A DNA stretch of 64,000 nt from an uncultured Christensenella sp. (GCA_910578145.1 CAJTPJ010000003.1:11556-75555); one strand, 5' to 3'; numbered from the stretch's first letter, positions 34,922 through 44,317 are shown. Notes: generated by a model from the sequence alone, not told the origin. Translations and numbers: made by a program.

Positions 34922-34957
34922 AGTATTTTTTAGGATTTTACGGTCAATAACCGTAGT

Positions 34958-35698
34958 ATGAAAAGATTAAATTTACCCCTTGTTTTAGACACTTTATTTG
35001 CCGGCGCGTGCGCGTTTTTGCTGTTTTTTACGTCATTGAGATACTACACCAAAAGCGCGATTATAGGGCTTATTTTCGGCGTGTGCGCCGCGCTGCTTTT
35101 CGGCGCGCTGGCGTTTTTGTACATAAGCGGAAAACAAAACAAAAGCCTTTTAATTTCACGCGACGAAAAAAACAAAAAATTGCTGTCTTTGCACCTTTCG
35201 CTTTCTTCGGATTATTATCTTACCAATCTGTTTAAAAAATGTTTGGGCGAAGAAGCTAAAATACGCGGTAAACGCGTGATATGCGGGGGGCAATCGCACT
35301 TTTTTAACTTTAAAATGCACCCTCTTTCCGAAGACGATATAGCGCGCGTAATAAAGTTTAAACACGACGGCGAAAAGATAATTTTTTGCAACTCAGTTTC
35401 CGCACCGTCCGCCGCGCTTGCCGCGCATTTCGGAATAGGCATAAAGGGCATAGACGAAGTATTTGCGTTATTGAAAAAAAATAATCTTATGCCTGAAAAA
35501 TACGCCTACGAAGACGCGAAAAAACTCAGTTTGTTAAAGCGTTTAAAAGGCGGATTTACGCGCAAACTGTGCGCGCCGCTGTTTTGGTCCGGACTTGCGC
35601 TTTTGGCTTTAAGCTATTTCACGTTTTTCCCCGTTTACTATATCGTAAGCGGCAGTATAATGCTGTTTTTATCCGCCGTAGCGCTGGTGTTTAATTAA
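34958..35698 (+). CDS. Membrane protein of unknown function (2 N-terminal and 2 C-terminal TM helices around a soluble core)
   Basis: 246-aa ORF. It is much longer than any ORF on the opposite strand here. It lies antisense to the flanking conserved operon and overlaps the yhbY 3' end by 8 nt. Confidence 0.6.
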   Translation: MKRLNLPLVLDTLFAGACAFLLFFTSLRYYTKSAIIGLIFGVCAALLFGALAFLYISGKQNKSLLISRDEKNKKLLSLHLSLSSDYYLTNLFKKCLGEEAKIRGKRVICGGQSHFFNFKMHPLSEDDIARVIKFKHDGEKIIFCNSVSAPSAALAAHFGIGIKGIDEVFALLKKNNLMPEKYAYEDAKKLSLLKRLKGGFTRKLCAPLFWSGLALLALSYFTFFPVYYIVSGSIMLFLSAVALVFN

Positions 35699-35987
35699 GC
35701 GCGATATGTTCGATATCCTTTCTTTTGGACTTGCGGTACAGCACGGCTTTTCTGCCGATTACTATAACGCACTCGGCGTTTAGTTTTTCTGCGAGAGCAC
35801 GCCCCACTTCCTGCGGTTCGCCGTCGCAATTTTCCAAGATATTAACTTTTATAAGCTCGCGTTTTTCAAGGCAATCCGAAAAACTTGCCAGCATATTTTC
35901 ACCAATTCCTTCCTTGCCCACCTGTCCTATCGGGGACAGATTTGCGGCAAGGGATTTTAATTTACTGCGTTGTTTTGACGTAATCAT
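35691..35987 (-). CDS. yhbY: YhbY/CRM-domain ribosome-assembly RNA-binding protein
   Basis: 98 aa. It contains LTSKQRSKLKSLA..L.PI.QVGKEG and ...LIKV..L...., the canonical YhbY pattern. Confidence 0.88.
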   Translation of the reverse strand: MITSKQRSKLKSLAANLSPIGQVGKEGIGENMLASFSDCLEKRELIKVNILENCDGEPQEVGRALAEKLNAECVIVIGRKAVLYRKSKRKDIEHIALN

Positions 35988-35998
35988 ATTTCTTCCTT

Positions 35999-37489
35999 TT
36001 AATTGCTTTCGGTTCCGCCGAGCGGCAAAATTTCCTTACCGCACGCGTAAGCGTTTATTCCTGCTTCGTTTACGACCACGAGTTTCGCGCCGTAAAACGA
36101 AAGCACGGGCGCGAGAATTTTTAAAAAGCGGTAAAACGCGTTTTCGTCCGCTACGAACGCATCAAACGCCCAGCCCTGCTCGCCTTCCGCGGTGCAATTT
36201 GCAAAGCCCGTGGTTATAAAACTGTTTACAAACGAATCTTTTAATAAAACGGGTTCGGGTACTGACTGTTCGTTTTCAAGATAATAATTTACCGCGTCGT
36301 ACACCGCTTCCGTATTTTCATTAAATGCAGGCACGAATAAATAAGCGTATGCAAACCCGCCGCTAAAACGGATATCTTCCGCCAACTTGGGGTCGGCGCA
36401 GATATTTGCAAAATTAAAGCACGACGAAACGCCGCTAACCGATTTTTTAAACGGGGTGGTATTTTCCTCGTCCTCCCAGCCGTACGGCATAGACGGGGGA
36501 AAAGTGCTTGGCAGCTCCTCGTCCGAAGCTAATAATTTTTCGCAAATTTCGTCCGCAGTTTCCACTTCCGTTCCGTCGCACTCCGTTTCTATACCCTCGA
36601 TAGTGCGGTGTAAAACGTCCTCTCCAACCCTGAAAGCTATAAAGGCGTAAACTTCTTTTGCAAGTTTGTTTTTAGCCTTATCCGACATAACCTTGCCGGC
36701 GCGGATTTTAAGGTAGTACTTCCAAGGTATTTCAGACTGTACCAGCCTGCCCACGGGCGTGTTACCCTTTATCCTGCCCTTGTAACCGTCGGCGCCGTCG
36801 GGTATAAAAGGAATTACCGACCAGCCCGCTTTATTAAGCGGGTTTTCCGCATACCTTGCAACGTGCGCGGTGTAAGCCAGCATAGTAAGATAAATATCGG
36901 GACAAAACGAACATTCCATATATATAAAATACTTTCCGTCGCGTTTCGTACCGTAAAAATTTGCGGGCGCGAATATGTAATTACTACAGGATTTACAAAT
37001 TTTATTAAATTTAGCCGACCTGCCGTTTTCAATACATTCGGCAAGTTCGTTAAGCCGTTTAGACAGTTCGCAATAAAACCAATTAACCCGCGCCGCGTAA
37101 GTTAACGGCGAATCCGAATCTTCGCGCTCATAACATACTCCGTCAAGCGAAATTTCGCGGTGGTGCCCGTCTAACTGCCTGAAATTGCCGTCGTCGACGT
37201 ACCTTGAACAGCCGTGGCAAACGCGTTTTATTTGCGCAACCAAAATTTCGTCGTATTCTTTTTGGGTGTAAATATTTACTTCTACGGGGAATACTAAATT
37301 TTTGTCCGCAATTTCAAGCGTTTCTTCCCCTACGTTTTCGCGCACGAAATCAGGTGCCAAGCACCCTTCTTCCCTTAAACGTTTGGCGCGGATAACAACG
37401 CCGTCCGCCAAATCGTCAATGCAAGTGCCTTCGGGAAGCAGGTAGTACTTAAAGTCGTAAAATATTGCGTTTAAATTTTTTTCCATCAC
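35999..37489 (-). CDS. Hypothetical 496-aa cytoplasmic protein with three CxxC pairs; no family recognised
   Basis: Long uninterrupted ORF, tightly packed between obg (5-nt gap) and yhbY (11-nt gap). It has CHGC (res 91-94), CKSC (165-168) and CSFC (193-196). It has no TM segments or signal peptide. Confidence 0.7.
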   Translation of the reverse strand: MMEKNLNAIFYDFKYYLLPEGTCIDDLADGVVIRAKRLREEGCLAPDFVRENVGEETLEIADKNLVFPVEVNIYTQKEYDEILVAQIKRVCHGCSRYVDDGNFRQLDGHHREISLDGVCYEREDSDSPLTYAARVNWFYCELSKRLNELAECIENGRSAKFNKICKSCSNYIFAPANFYGTKRDGKYFIYMECSFCPDIYLTMLAYTAHVARYAENPLNKAGWSVIPFIPDGADGYKGRIKGNTPVGRLVQSEIPWKYYLKIRAGKVMSDKAKNKLAKEVYAFIAFRVGEDVLHRTIEGIETECDGTEVETADEICEKLLASDEELPSTFPPSMPYGWEDEENTTPFKKSVSGVSSCFNFANICADPKLAEDIRFSGGFAYAYLFVPAFNENTEAVYDAVNYYLENEQSVPEPVLLKDSFVNSFITTGFANCTAEGEQGWAFDAFVADENAFYRFLKILAPVLSFYGAKLVVVNEAGINAYACGKEILPLGGTESN

Positions 37490-37494
37490 AATCC

Positions 37495-38775
37495 TTACGG
37501 GATAAAATCAAATTCCACGTCGCCTATGGAAACGGTGTCGTTTTCCTTAACGCCCATTTCTTTCAGCTTGGAAATTACGCCCTTTTCGCGTAAAATCTTT
37601 TGGAAATACGCCATAGAATCGGGGTCGTTTAAAACTACGTTGCGGCAAAGCATATCAACGAGGTCGCCCACCACCACGTACACGCCGTCGTCCAAGTAAA
37701 TTTCAAAGCCGAGGTTTCCGCTTTTACGGTAGGTAAAGTTTTCGTCGCTTTCCACGCGCGAAACGGGCGGGAGCGTTTTCAAAAGCCCGAAAACGCCCTC
37801 GATAAGGCTTTCGGTGCCCTCGCCGTTAACCGCTGTAATAGGATAAATCGTATATTTTTTGCCGTATTTCTTTTTAAAGGCTTTTACGTTTTCTTCCGCG
37901 CCGTACACGTCGCACTTATTAAGCGCGATTATTTGCGGCAGAGCGGCAAGTTTTTTTGAATATCCTTTAAGCTCTTCGTTTATTTTTTTAAAATCTTCAA
38001 CGGGGTCGCGCGCTTCCGTGCCCGAAATATCCACCATATGCACCAGCATACGCGTTCTTTCGATATGCCGCAAAAAGTCGTGCCCAAGCCCCGCGCCGTC
38101 CGCCGCGCCCTCTATAAGTCCGGGGATATCCGCCGCAACGAACGAATCGTCGTAGTATTTTACCACGCCAAGGTTCGGGGAAAGGGTGGTGAAATGATAG
38201 TTGGCAATTTTGGGTTTTGCCGCAGAAATTTTTGAAAGCAGAGTAGACTTGCCTACGTTGGGGAACCCTATTATGCCCACGTCGGCAATTACTTTTAGTT
38301 CCAACGCGAGGATATGCGGCTGGGTTTTTTCACCCTTTTGCGCAAAGTTAGGCGCGTGCCTGCGCGAAGTGGTAAAACGCACGTTGCCTTTGCCGCCGCG
38401 TCCGCCCTCGGCAATAAGTTTTTTTTCTCCGTCTTCAAACATATCCGCTATTACGGTATCCGTTTCAAAGTCTTTAACAACCGTACCGAGCGGGACTTTA
38501 ATTATAACGTCGTTGCCGCCGCGTCCGAAACATTTGTTAGAGCCGCCGCGCTCGCCGTCGCCCGCGGTATATTTGCTTATATACCGAAACGACAAAAGGT
38601 CGTTCATAGAAGAATCTGCCTGAACGTAAATATTTCCGCCGTTGCCGCCGTCGCCGCCGTCCGGGCCGCAGGCGGGTTTGCCTTTGTACGACTTAAACGA
38701 GTTCATACCGTCGCCGCCGTCGCCCGATTTAATAGTTATTTTTACCTTGTCGGTAAATAAGTTTCTGTCAGCCAT
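37495..38775 (-). CDS. obg: GTPase Obg/CgtA
   Basis: Glycine-rich Obg fold (GGDGGNGGNIY), a G-domain with GFPNVGKSTLL / DIPGLIEGA / NKCD, and a C-terminal TGS-like/OCT domain. Confidence 0.94.
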   Translation of the reverse strand: MADRNLFTDKVKITIKSGDGGDGMNSFKSYKGKPACGPDGGDGGNGGNIYVQADSSMNDLLSFRYISKYTAGDGERGGSNKCFGRGGNDVIIKVPLGTVVKDFETDTVIADMFEDGEKKLIAEGGRGGKGNVRFTTSRRHAPNFAQKGEKTQPHILALELKVIADVGIIGFPNVGKSTLLSKISAAKPKIANYHFTTLSPNLGVVKYYDDSFVAADIPGLIEGAADGAGLGHDFLRHIERTRMLVHMVDISGTEARDPVEDFKKINEELKGYSKKLAALPQIIALNKCDVYGAEENVKAFKKKYGKKYTIYPITAVNGEGTESLIEGVFGLLKTLPPVSRVESDENFTYRKSGNLGFEIYLDDGVYVVVGDLVDMLCRNVVLNDPDSMAYFQKILREKGVISKLKEMGVKENDTVSIGDVEFDFIP

Positions 38776-40057
38776 TTTTATAATCGTTTATTATCCGTGT
38801 ATTATCGCAAGTGTTTTTAAAAATTTTTACTATATCTTCCGCGCCGAAATTTCTACGCAGGTTGTTTGCCGCCCCAAGCTCTTCTGAAGAAAGCAAACTT
38901 TCTTCCCTGCCTGCAAAACAGTTAACCGCGTCTATCGCAGGGAAAACGCGCCGTGCGGCAAGTTGCGGCGAAAGTTTTATTAAGTTGTTTGCAGTTACCG
39001 CAACCCCTTCGTGACCTTCCGAGTTTTCGGATAAAGCGGCTATTACGGTAAGAGAGCCGCCCTCTTCCGCGTTTACTGCGTAGCTTGCAAACTTTTTAAC
39101 GTTTTCAGCTCCGACAACGGACAGCCCGTCCGCAAGCACCACGGCGGATTTACCAAGTTCCACAAGCCGCCGCGCGTAAGAAAACGCCGTTTCCGCCACG
39201 CGGGTTTGATAGGACGGCAACGCGTCGAAACGAGCCGCAAACAGTTCGGCGCCGTGCAAGTTGCGTTTGAAATCGGTAATTTCCTCTGGGCGGGCGTTTA
39301 GCAAAACTACTATTACGACGCTGTCGCCGCTATCCGAAATTGCGTTGGCAAGCGTTTTTATAAGCGTGGTTTTGCCGCAATTTGCAGCAGCCGTTATAAA
39401 AGCTCGCTGACCGTACGCCAGCGGCGCGAAAACGTCTATCATTCTGCAAGCGGCGTCGTCGCTTGCGTTTGATAAAATTATTCTGTTTTCAGGATAAACG
39501 GGGGTAAGCGAAGAAAAATCTGCGCCCGCTTCCGCGTTTTCGGACGGAAACCCGTTTATATCGTCTATCACCATTAGCGCGGGCTTTGAAGATTGGTCTT
39601 TGCGGAAAACCGAGCCGCTGATTTTATCGCCCGCTTTAAGAGGATAACGCTGCAGAAATGAGTCCGCCACGTACGCCTCGCCCGAAGCCGTCATAATAAA
39701 CCAACTATCGCCCACTTTTTCAAGCACGCCCGAAACTTTACCCGAAAAACCGCGCTCGGAAGAGTTTACGGTAAGCACGCTTTCGGGCTGTTTATCGCCC
39801 GACTTGAAAATTTGCCTGCACTGCTCTATCTGCAATACGAGCCGCTCGTCGTAAACGTCCGACTTGGGCGGCGCACCGCGCACGGACGGTGCCTGCGCTT
39901 CGGTTTCGCCCCGCGCGTAACTTAAAATCGCCTCTATAATTTTGGGTTTTTGGGGAAATTCCGAGTGAATACTCAGCGCGCGGGCAATCTGCCGCACGTC
40001 GAATATAGTCTTTCTGTTTAGATTTACTTCGATGTCACGCAGTAACTGCTCACGCAT
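38768..40057 (-). CDS. Rho-family protein (Rho_N, OB/CSD and RecA-like domains) with degenerate catalytic and RNA-translocation motifs
   Basis: Its architecture is collinear with Rho. It has the SAP-like N-terminus, GVLE...FI, LTPVYPENRI, RMIDVFAPLAYGQRAFI, the P-loop AAANCGKT, EEGGSLTVIAAL and RRVFPAID. However, LLNARPEE replaces LLIDERPEE, and about 22 residues are missing where the Q-loop sits. Confidence 0.75.
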   Translation of the reverse strand: MREQLLRDIEVNLNRKTIFDVRQIARALSIHSEFPQKPKIIEAILSYARGETEAQAPSVRGAPPKSDVYDERLVLQIEQCRQIFKSGDKQPESVLTVNSSERGFSGKVSGVLEKVGDSWFIMTASGEAYVADSFLQRYPLKAGDKISGSVFRKDQSSKPALMVIDDINGFPSENAEAGADFSSLTPVYPENRIILSNASDDAACRMIDVFAPLAYGQRAFITAAANCGKTTLIKTLANAISDSGDSVVIVVLLNARPEEITDFKRNLHGAELFAARFDALPSYQTRVAETAFSYARRLVELGKSAVVLADGLSVVGAENVKKFASYAVNAEEGGSLTVIAALSENSEGHEGVAVTANNLIKLSPQLAARRVFPAIDAVNCFAGREESLLSSEELGAANNLRRNFGAEDIVKIFKNTCDNTRIINDYKNG

Positions 40058-40701
40058 TAGGCTCTCCTTAAAACTATAATTTTGGTTTCGCCCGTAAGGT
40101 CTATACGCGAAAGCTCCACCGAGTTTCCGTCAACTTCTTCCACCGATTCTTCGTCGAAGAGTTTTATAAATTCGTCAACCTTGTCTATATCCAATTTGCA
40201 ATCGCGGGTGCGGTAGTGCATAGGTATTACTATGTCGGGCATAATTCTGTCAACGTATTCCTTTGCCATTTCCGCATCCACGGTATAAGTTCCGCCAACG
40301 GGGATTAAAAGCACGTCTACGGGCAGAATCGTTTCAATTAAATCCGACGAGCACGCCTCGCCCAAATCGCCCAAATGGCAAACGTCTATGCCGTCCATAC
40401 GGAATTTAAAAATAACGTTTTCACCGCGTTTTTTGCCGCGGCACTCATCGTGAAAAGACTTTATAGAGTTGATTTCAACGCCGGGCAAATCGTGGCTGCT
40501 CTCTTTGTCTATCACTACGGGTTTGCCCTTAATCTTTCTTAAACAATCGTGGTCGAAATGATGATGGGAAACCGTAACCGCGTCGGCGGCGACTTCGGGC
40601 ATTTCGTACCCCACTTCTTCCGAATAAGGGTCGCACACCACGGAAGTGCCCGTGCTTTCGGTTAGTTTGAAACAAGAATGTCCAAGATATTCTATTAACA
40701 T
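40057..40701 (-). CDS. MBL-fold metal-dependent hydrolase (UPF0173-like)
   Basis: 214 aa with MLIEYLGHSCFKL and the SHHHFDH metal-binding motif. Confidence 0.8.
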   Translation of the reverse strand: MLIEYLGHSCFKLTESTGTSVVCDPYSEEVGYEMPEVAADAVTVSHHHFDHDCLRKIKGKPVVIDKESSHDLPGVEINSIKSFHDECRGKKRGENVIFKFRMDGIDVCHLGDLGEACSSDLIETILPVDVLLIPVGGTYTVDAEMAKEYVDRIMPDIVIPMHYRTRDCKLDIDKVDEFIKLFDEESVEEVDGNSVELSRIDLTGETKIIVLRRA

Positions 40702-40757
40702 TTTCCTCTCGTAAAAGCGCCGCTTGATTTGGGCTTGCAGCCCGTCGGCGCGAATTT

Positions 40758-41141
40758 CTAAATTATATCCGCTTTTATTTTAAGCGCGGTTATTTCACCC
40801 GAGCAATCGTAAACGGCAAAAACGTTTACGCCGCCCTCGTTTACCGCAACTTCCAGCTTTTGCGTAAACAGCGGAAACCCGCCGGAAAGTACGCCGTCGG
40901 ATATGCGGCACTGCGTTTCAAGCCCTTCTTTAAAGTCCAAATCAACGTTAAGCGAGCCTATGCGCGCCTGCGACAAAACTCCGTTTGAAAAAACCAGCGT
41001 GCAACTATCACCGTCTAATTCATACGAAAGTTTAAAGCCGTTAGCCTTATATTCAAGCTCGCCCGTCGCAGTAAAAACGCCGACTTCGCCGTTGTCCAAC
41101 GTAACGTTACATTTCATAAGCGTATAATCATTATAACACAA
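40758..41141 (-). CDS. Small beta-rich protein, DUF1934-like
   Basis: About 120 aa. The alternating beta-strand pattern (..G.LEYKANGFKLSYEL...) resembles DUF1934. This is recognition from memory only. Confidence 0.45.
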   Translation of the reverse strand: MCYNDYTLMKCNVTLDNGEVGVFTATGELEYKANGFKLSYELDGDSCTLVFSNGVLSQARIGSLNVDLDFKEGLETQCRISDGVLSGGFPLFTQKLEVAVNEGGVNVFAVYDCSGEITALKIKADII

Positions 41142-41152
41142 CTGCGTGAAAA

Positions 41153-42004
41153 TTACTTCAATTTTTTTACAGAAATATCGTCGTTACCGCTAATTTTTTT
41201 ACAATTTTCAAAAAGAACGCGTCCTTTTTTCAAAATTTCTTCCAACTCGTCCTTTTTTCCACCGTCGATAGCGTCGCGGATTTCCGCAAGCGAGTTTATT
41301 AGCGCGGTGATTTTTTCGGAAATATTTGCGGCGTTTTCCAAATACAGCGCAGCCCACATACTTTCGTCCACGCCCGCAATTCGCGTCATATCCTGAAAAC
41401 TACCGCCCGTGAATCCCACGCAACAATCTATATCCCCGTCCTTTACGTACGCGTTGGAAACTATATGCGCAAGCTGCGAAGTATAAGCTATCTTTCTGTC
41501 GTGAATTTCCGCCGAACACTCAACTATACGCCCGAAACCCATTTCGCGCGTGAGATTGCGTATTATGTCCAACGCCGCGGCGTTAGTGGTTTCGTTTACC
41601 GTTATTACCATACTCGCGTTGTCGAAAAGGTATGCGCGCGCCGCCTCGATACCGGAAACTTCCCTACCCGCCATAGGGTGGCAACCAACGTACGAAAAAT
41701 TGCGGTATTTGCGGCATATTGCCGCCTCAATCGGTTTTTTCACCCCGCAAATATCCGCCACTACAGCGCCGTCCTTAAACGGTGTGTTTTCAATAAATTC
41801 AACCGTCGCTTTGGGCGGCAACGCCACGAACGCCACGTCGTAACTTGAAAAGTCGGTAACCGTTCCGTCGATATAGCCGTTATTTAAAGCATATTCGCGG
41901 GGGTAAGCCGAACGGTCGTACCCGTCCACAGCGTAACCCGCGCGTTTTAAACTTAGGCACAACGAGCCGCCTATTATACCCAGCCCCGCCACGCAAATTT
42001 TCAT
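41153..42004 (-). CDS. tyrA: Prephenate dehydrogenase
   Basis: N-terminal GLGIIGGS Rossmann motif, HPMAGRE, and a downstream pattern (SHLPH-like) SQLAHIVS. Confidence 0.85.
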   Translation of the reverse strand: MKICVAGLGIIGGSLCLSLKRAGYAVDGYDRSAYPREYALNNGYIDGTVTDFSSYDVAFVALPPKATVEFIENTPFKDGAVVADICGVKKPIEAAICRKYRNFSYVGCHPMAGREVSGIEAARAYLFDNASMVITVNETTNAAALDIIRNLTREMGFGRIVECSAEIHDRKIAYTSQLAHIVSNAYVKDGDIDCCVGFTGGSFQDMTRIAGVDESMWAALYLENAANISEKITALINSLAEIRDAIDGGKKDELEEILKKGRVLFENCKKISGNDDISVKKLK

Positions 42005-42068
42005 AATTACCGCCCTTAAAGCATTTTTATTTGATTATAGCACAGTTTTGAAAAACTTACAAATTTTA

Positions 42069-42097
42069 TTGACTTTTTTCGGCAATTTATATATAAT
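42069..42097 (+). promoter_or_regulatory. Sigma-70-type promoter of pgk-tpiA-gpmI
   Basis: TTGACT (42069-42074), a 17-nt spacer, and TATAAT (42092-42097). Confidence 0.7.
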
Positions 42098-42137
42098 AAT
42101 TAAGTAAAAAAATATTAATTTGCAAGGAGCAAAAAAT

Positions 42138-43445
42138 ATGAACAAGAAGTCCGTTAAGGATATCAAAGACCTGCAAGGTAAAAACGTGCTGGTTCGTTGC
42201 GATTTCAACGTGCCTATGAAAGACGGCGTTATTACCGACGAAAACAGAATTATGGGTGCTTTGCCCACAATCAAGTATTTGCTTGACAACGGCGCAAAAG
42301 TTACCCTTTGCTCGCATATGGGTAAACCCCACTCCATTTTTTCCGACGAAGTAAAACTTAATAAAAAAGATAAAAAGAAAGTAGACGCGGGCGAAACCAC
42401 CGCCGAAGCTATAATAGAAAAAGCTAAAAAGGACGAACCTAAAAAACTTACGCTTGCTCCCGTTGCAAAAAGGCTTGCCGAGCTTCTTAACGGCAAAGTT
42501 ACGTTTGCAACCGACGTAATAGGCGCGGACGCAAAAGCTAAGCGCGACAATCTTAAAAACGGCGAAGCGGTGCTTATTGAAAACCTGCGCTTCCATTGGG
42601 AAGAAGAGAAAAAGGACGAAAATTTTTGCAAAGCGCTTGCTTACAACGCAGAAATTTACGTAAACGACGCGTTTGGAACGGCGCACCGTTCGCACGCTTC
42701 CACCGCCGCTATCGTAGAATACGGCATAGTTAAAACCGCAGTATGCGGCTTTCTTATCGAAAAGGAGCTTGAGGTTATGGCTGACACGCTTGAAAACCCC
42801 CAGCGCCCCTTCGTTGCAATACTCGGCGGTGCGAAAGTTGCGGATAAGCTGAACGTTATTTCCAACCTGCTTGAAAAGTGCGACACGCTTATAATCGGCG
42901 GCGGAATGGCTTATACTTTCCTCAAAGCAAAGGGCTACGAGATTGGCACTTCGCTTCTTGACGAAGAAAAAATAGATTATTGCAAAGAAATGATGGCTAA
43001 AGCCGAAAAGGCTGGCAAGGAACTTCTTTTGCCCGTAGACACCGTGGTTACTTCGCATTTCCCCGAGCCTATCGACGCGGAAATAGAAGTTAAAACCGTG
43101 CCTTCCAACGCTATCCCCGCGGATAAAATGGGTATGGATATCGGCGAAAAGACCCGCGCGCTTTATGCGGAAAAAATTGCAAAAGCCAAGGCGGTTATCT
43201 GGAACGGACCTATGGGCGTTTTCGAGAACCCCACTCTTGCAAAGGGTACTATCGCGGTTGCGCAGGCGCTTGCGGACGTTTACGGCAAATGCACTACTAT
43301 TATCGGCGGCGGCGACAGCGCGGCGGCGGTACAACAGTTGGGCTTTGCAGACAAGGTAACGCACATTTCCACGGGCGGCGGCGCTTCGCTTGAACTTTTC
43401 GAGGGCAAAGTGCTTCCCGGTATTGCGTGCTTAAACGATAAATAA
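42138..43445 (+). CDS. pgk: Phosphoglycerate kinase carrying a ~35-aa K/E-rich insertion
   Basis: [24 protein letters not shown] and STGGGASLE motifs. The ATG at 42138 lies 8 nt after AAGGAG (the track begins at 42120). The protein is 435 aa, against about 395-400 aa for typical bacterial PGK. Confidence 0.93.
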   Translation: MNKKSVKDIKDLQGKNVLVRCDFNVPMKDGVITDENRIMGALPTIKYLLDNGAKVTLCSHMGKPHSIFSDEVKLNKKDKKKVDAGETTAEAIIEKAKKDEPKKLTLAPVAKRLAELLNGKVTFATDVIGADAKAKRDNLKNGEAVLIENLRFHWEEEKKDENFCKALAYNAEIYVNDAFGTAHRSHASTAAIVEYGIVKTAVCGFLIEKELEVMADTLENPQRPFVAILGGAKVADKLNVISNLLEKCDTLIIGGGMAYTFLKAKGYEIGTSLLDEEKIDYCKEMMAKAEKAGKELLLPVDTVVTSHFPEPIDAEIEVKTVPSNAIPADKMGMDIGEKTRALYAEKIAKAKAVIWNGPMGVFENPTLAKGTIAVAQALADVYGKCTTIIGGGDSAAAVQQLGFADKVTHISTGGGASLELFEGKVLPGIACLNDK

Positions 43446-43500
43446 AAAATTTTACGGGGGCGGGCAACCGCCCCTTTCAAAGAGTTAACAGGAGAAAATT

Positions 43501-44247
43501 ATGGCAAGAAAACCTTTTATTGCAGGAAACTGGAAAATGAATATGACCGTTGAAAGCGGCAAACAACTTATTGCGGAGCTTAAACCGCTGGTAAAGGAAG
43601 CTAAGTGCGACGTTGCGCTTTGCGTTCCCGCTATTTTAATACCCGCTATGGTTAAAGCCGCAAAGGGCAGTAAAATTAAAATAGGCGCGCAAAACGTTCA
43701 CTTTGCTGAGCGTGGCGCGTACACTGGCGAAATTTCCGCGGAGATGCTTAAAGATTACGGCGTTAAGTACGTTATTATAGGTCACAGCGAGCGCAGGCAG
43801 TATTTCGGTGAAACCGACGACACGGTAAACAAGCGCACTTTAACCGCGCTTGCAAACGGGCTTACCCCCATAGTATGCGTTGGCGAAACGCTTTCCGAGC
43901 GTGAAGGCAACCAAACCGAAAAGGTGCTTGACAAGCAGCTTACCGAGGGTTTGAACGGCGTTGAGGACGTTACAAAACTCGTAATTGCTTACGAACCCGT
44001 TTGGGCTATAGGCACGGGCAAAACCGCCACAGACGAGCAGGCGCAGGAAACCATTAAGTATATAAGAAAGAAACTTGGCAAGCTGTTCGGCGTTAAAAAC
44101 GCAAACAAAGTTAAAATACAGTACGGCGGCAGCATGAACGCGGGCAACTGCAAGGGGCTTATGGCTCAGCCCGATATCGACGGCGGACTTATCGGCGGCG
44201 CTTCGCTTAAAACCGATTTTGCAACGATAGTTAACTTCGATAAATAA
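43501..44247 (+). CDS. tpiA: Triosephosphate isomerase
   Basis: IAGNWKMN, IIGHSERR, AYEPVWAIGTG and YGGS motifs. Confidence 0.95.
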   Translation: MARKPFIAGNWKMNMTVESGKQLIAELKPLVKEAKCDVALCVPAILIPAMVKAAKGSKIKIGAQNVHFAERGAYTGEISAEMLKDYGVKYVIIGHSERRQYFGETDDTVNKRTLTALANGLTPIVCVGETLSEREGNQTEKVLDKQLTEGLNGVEDVTKLVIAYEPVWAIGTGKTATDEQAQETIKYIRKKLGKLFGVKNANKVKIQYGGSMNAGNCKGLMAQPDIDGGLIGGASLKTDFATIVNFDK

Positions 44248-44317
44248 AATTCGTTTGACGGAAAGCGCAAGGCGCGTTTTAATGCGTGCAAAAACTTTGC
44301 GTTTTACGGGAGTTGTA

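Noticed and set aside
42035-43364. Antisense ORFs of 425 aa and 198 aa opposite pgk.
   Set aside because: The situation is the same as for PFOR. They are antisense to a canonical pgk, their translated sequences are compositionally odd (F/R/V-rich), and they have no RBS or recognisable domain.
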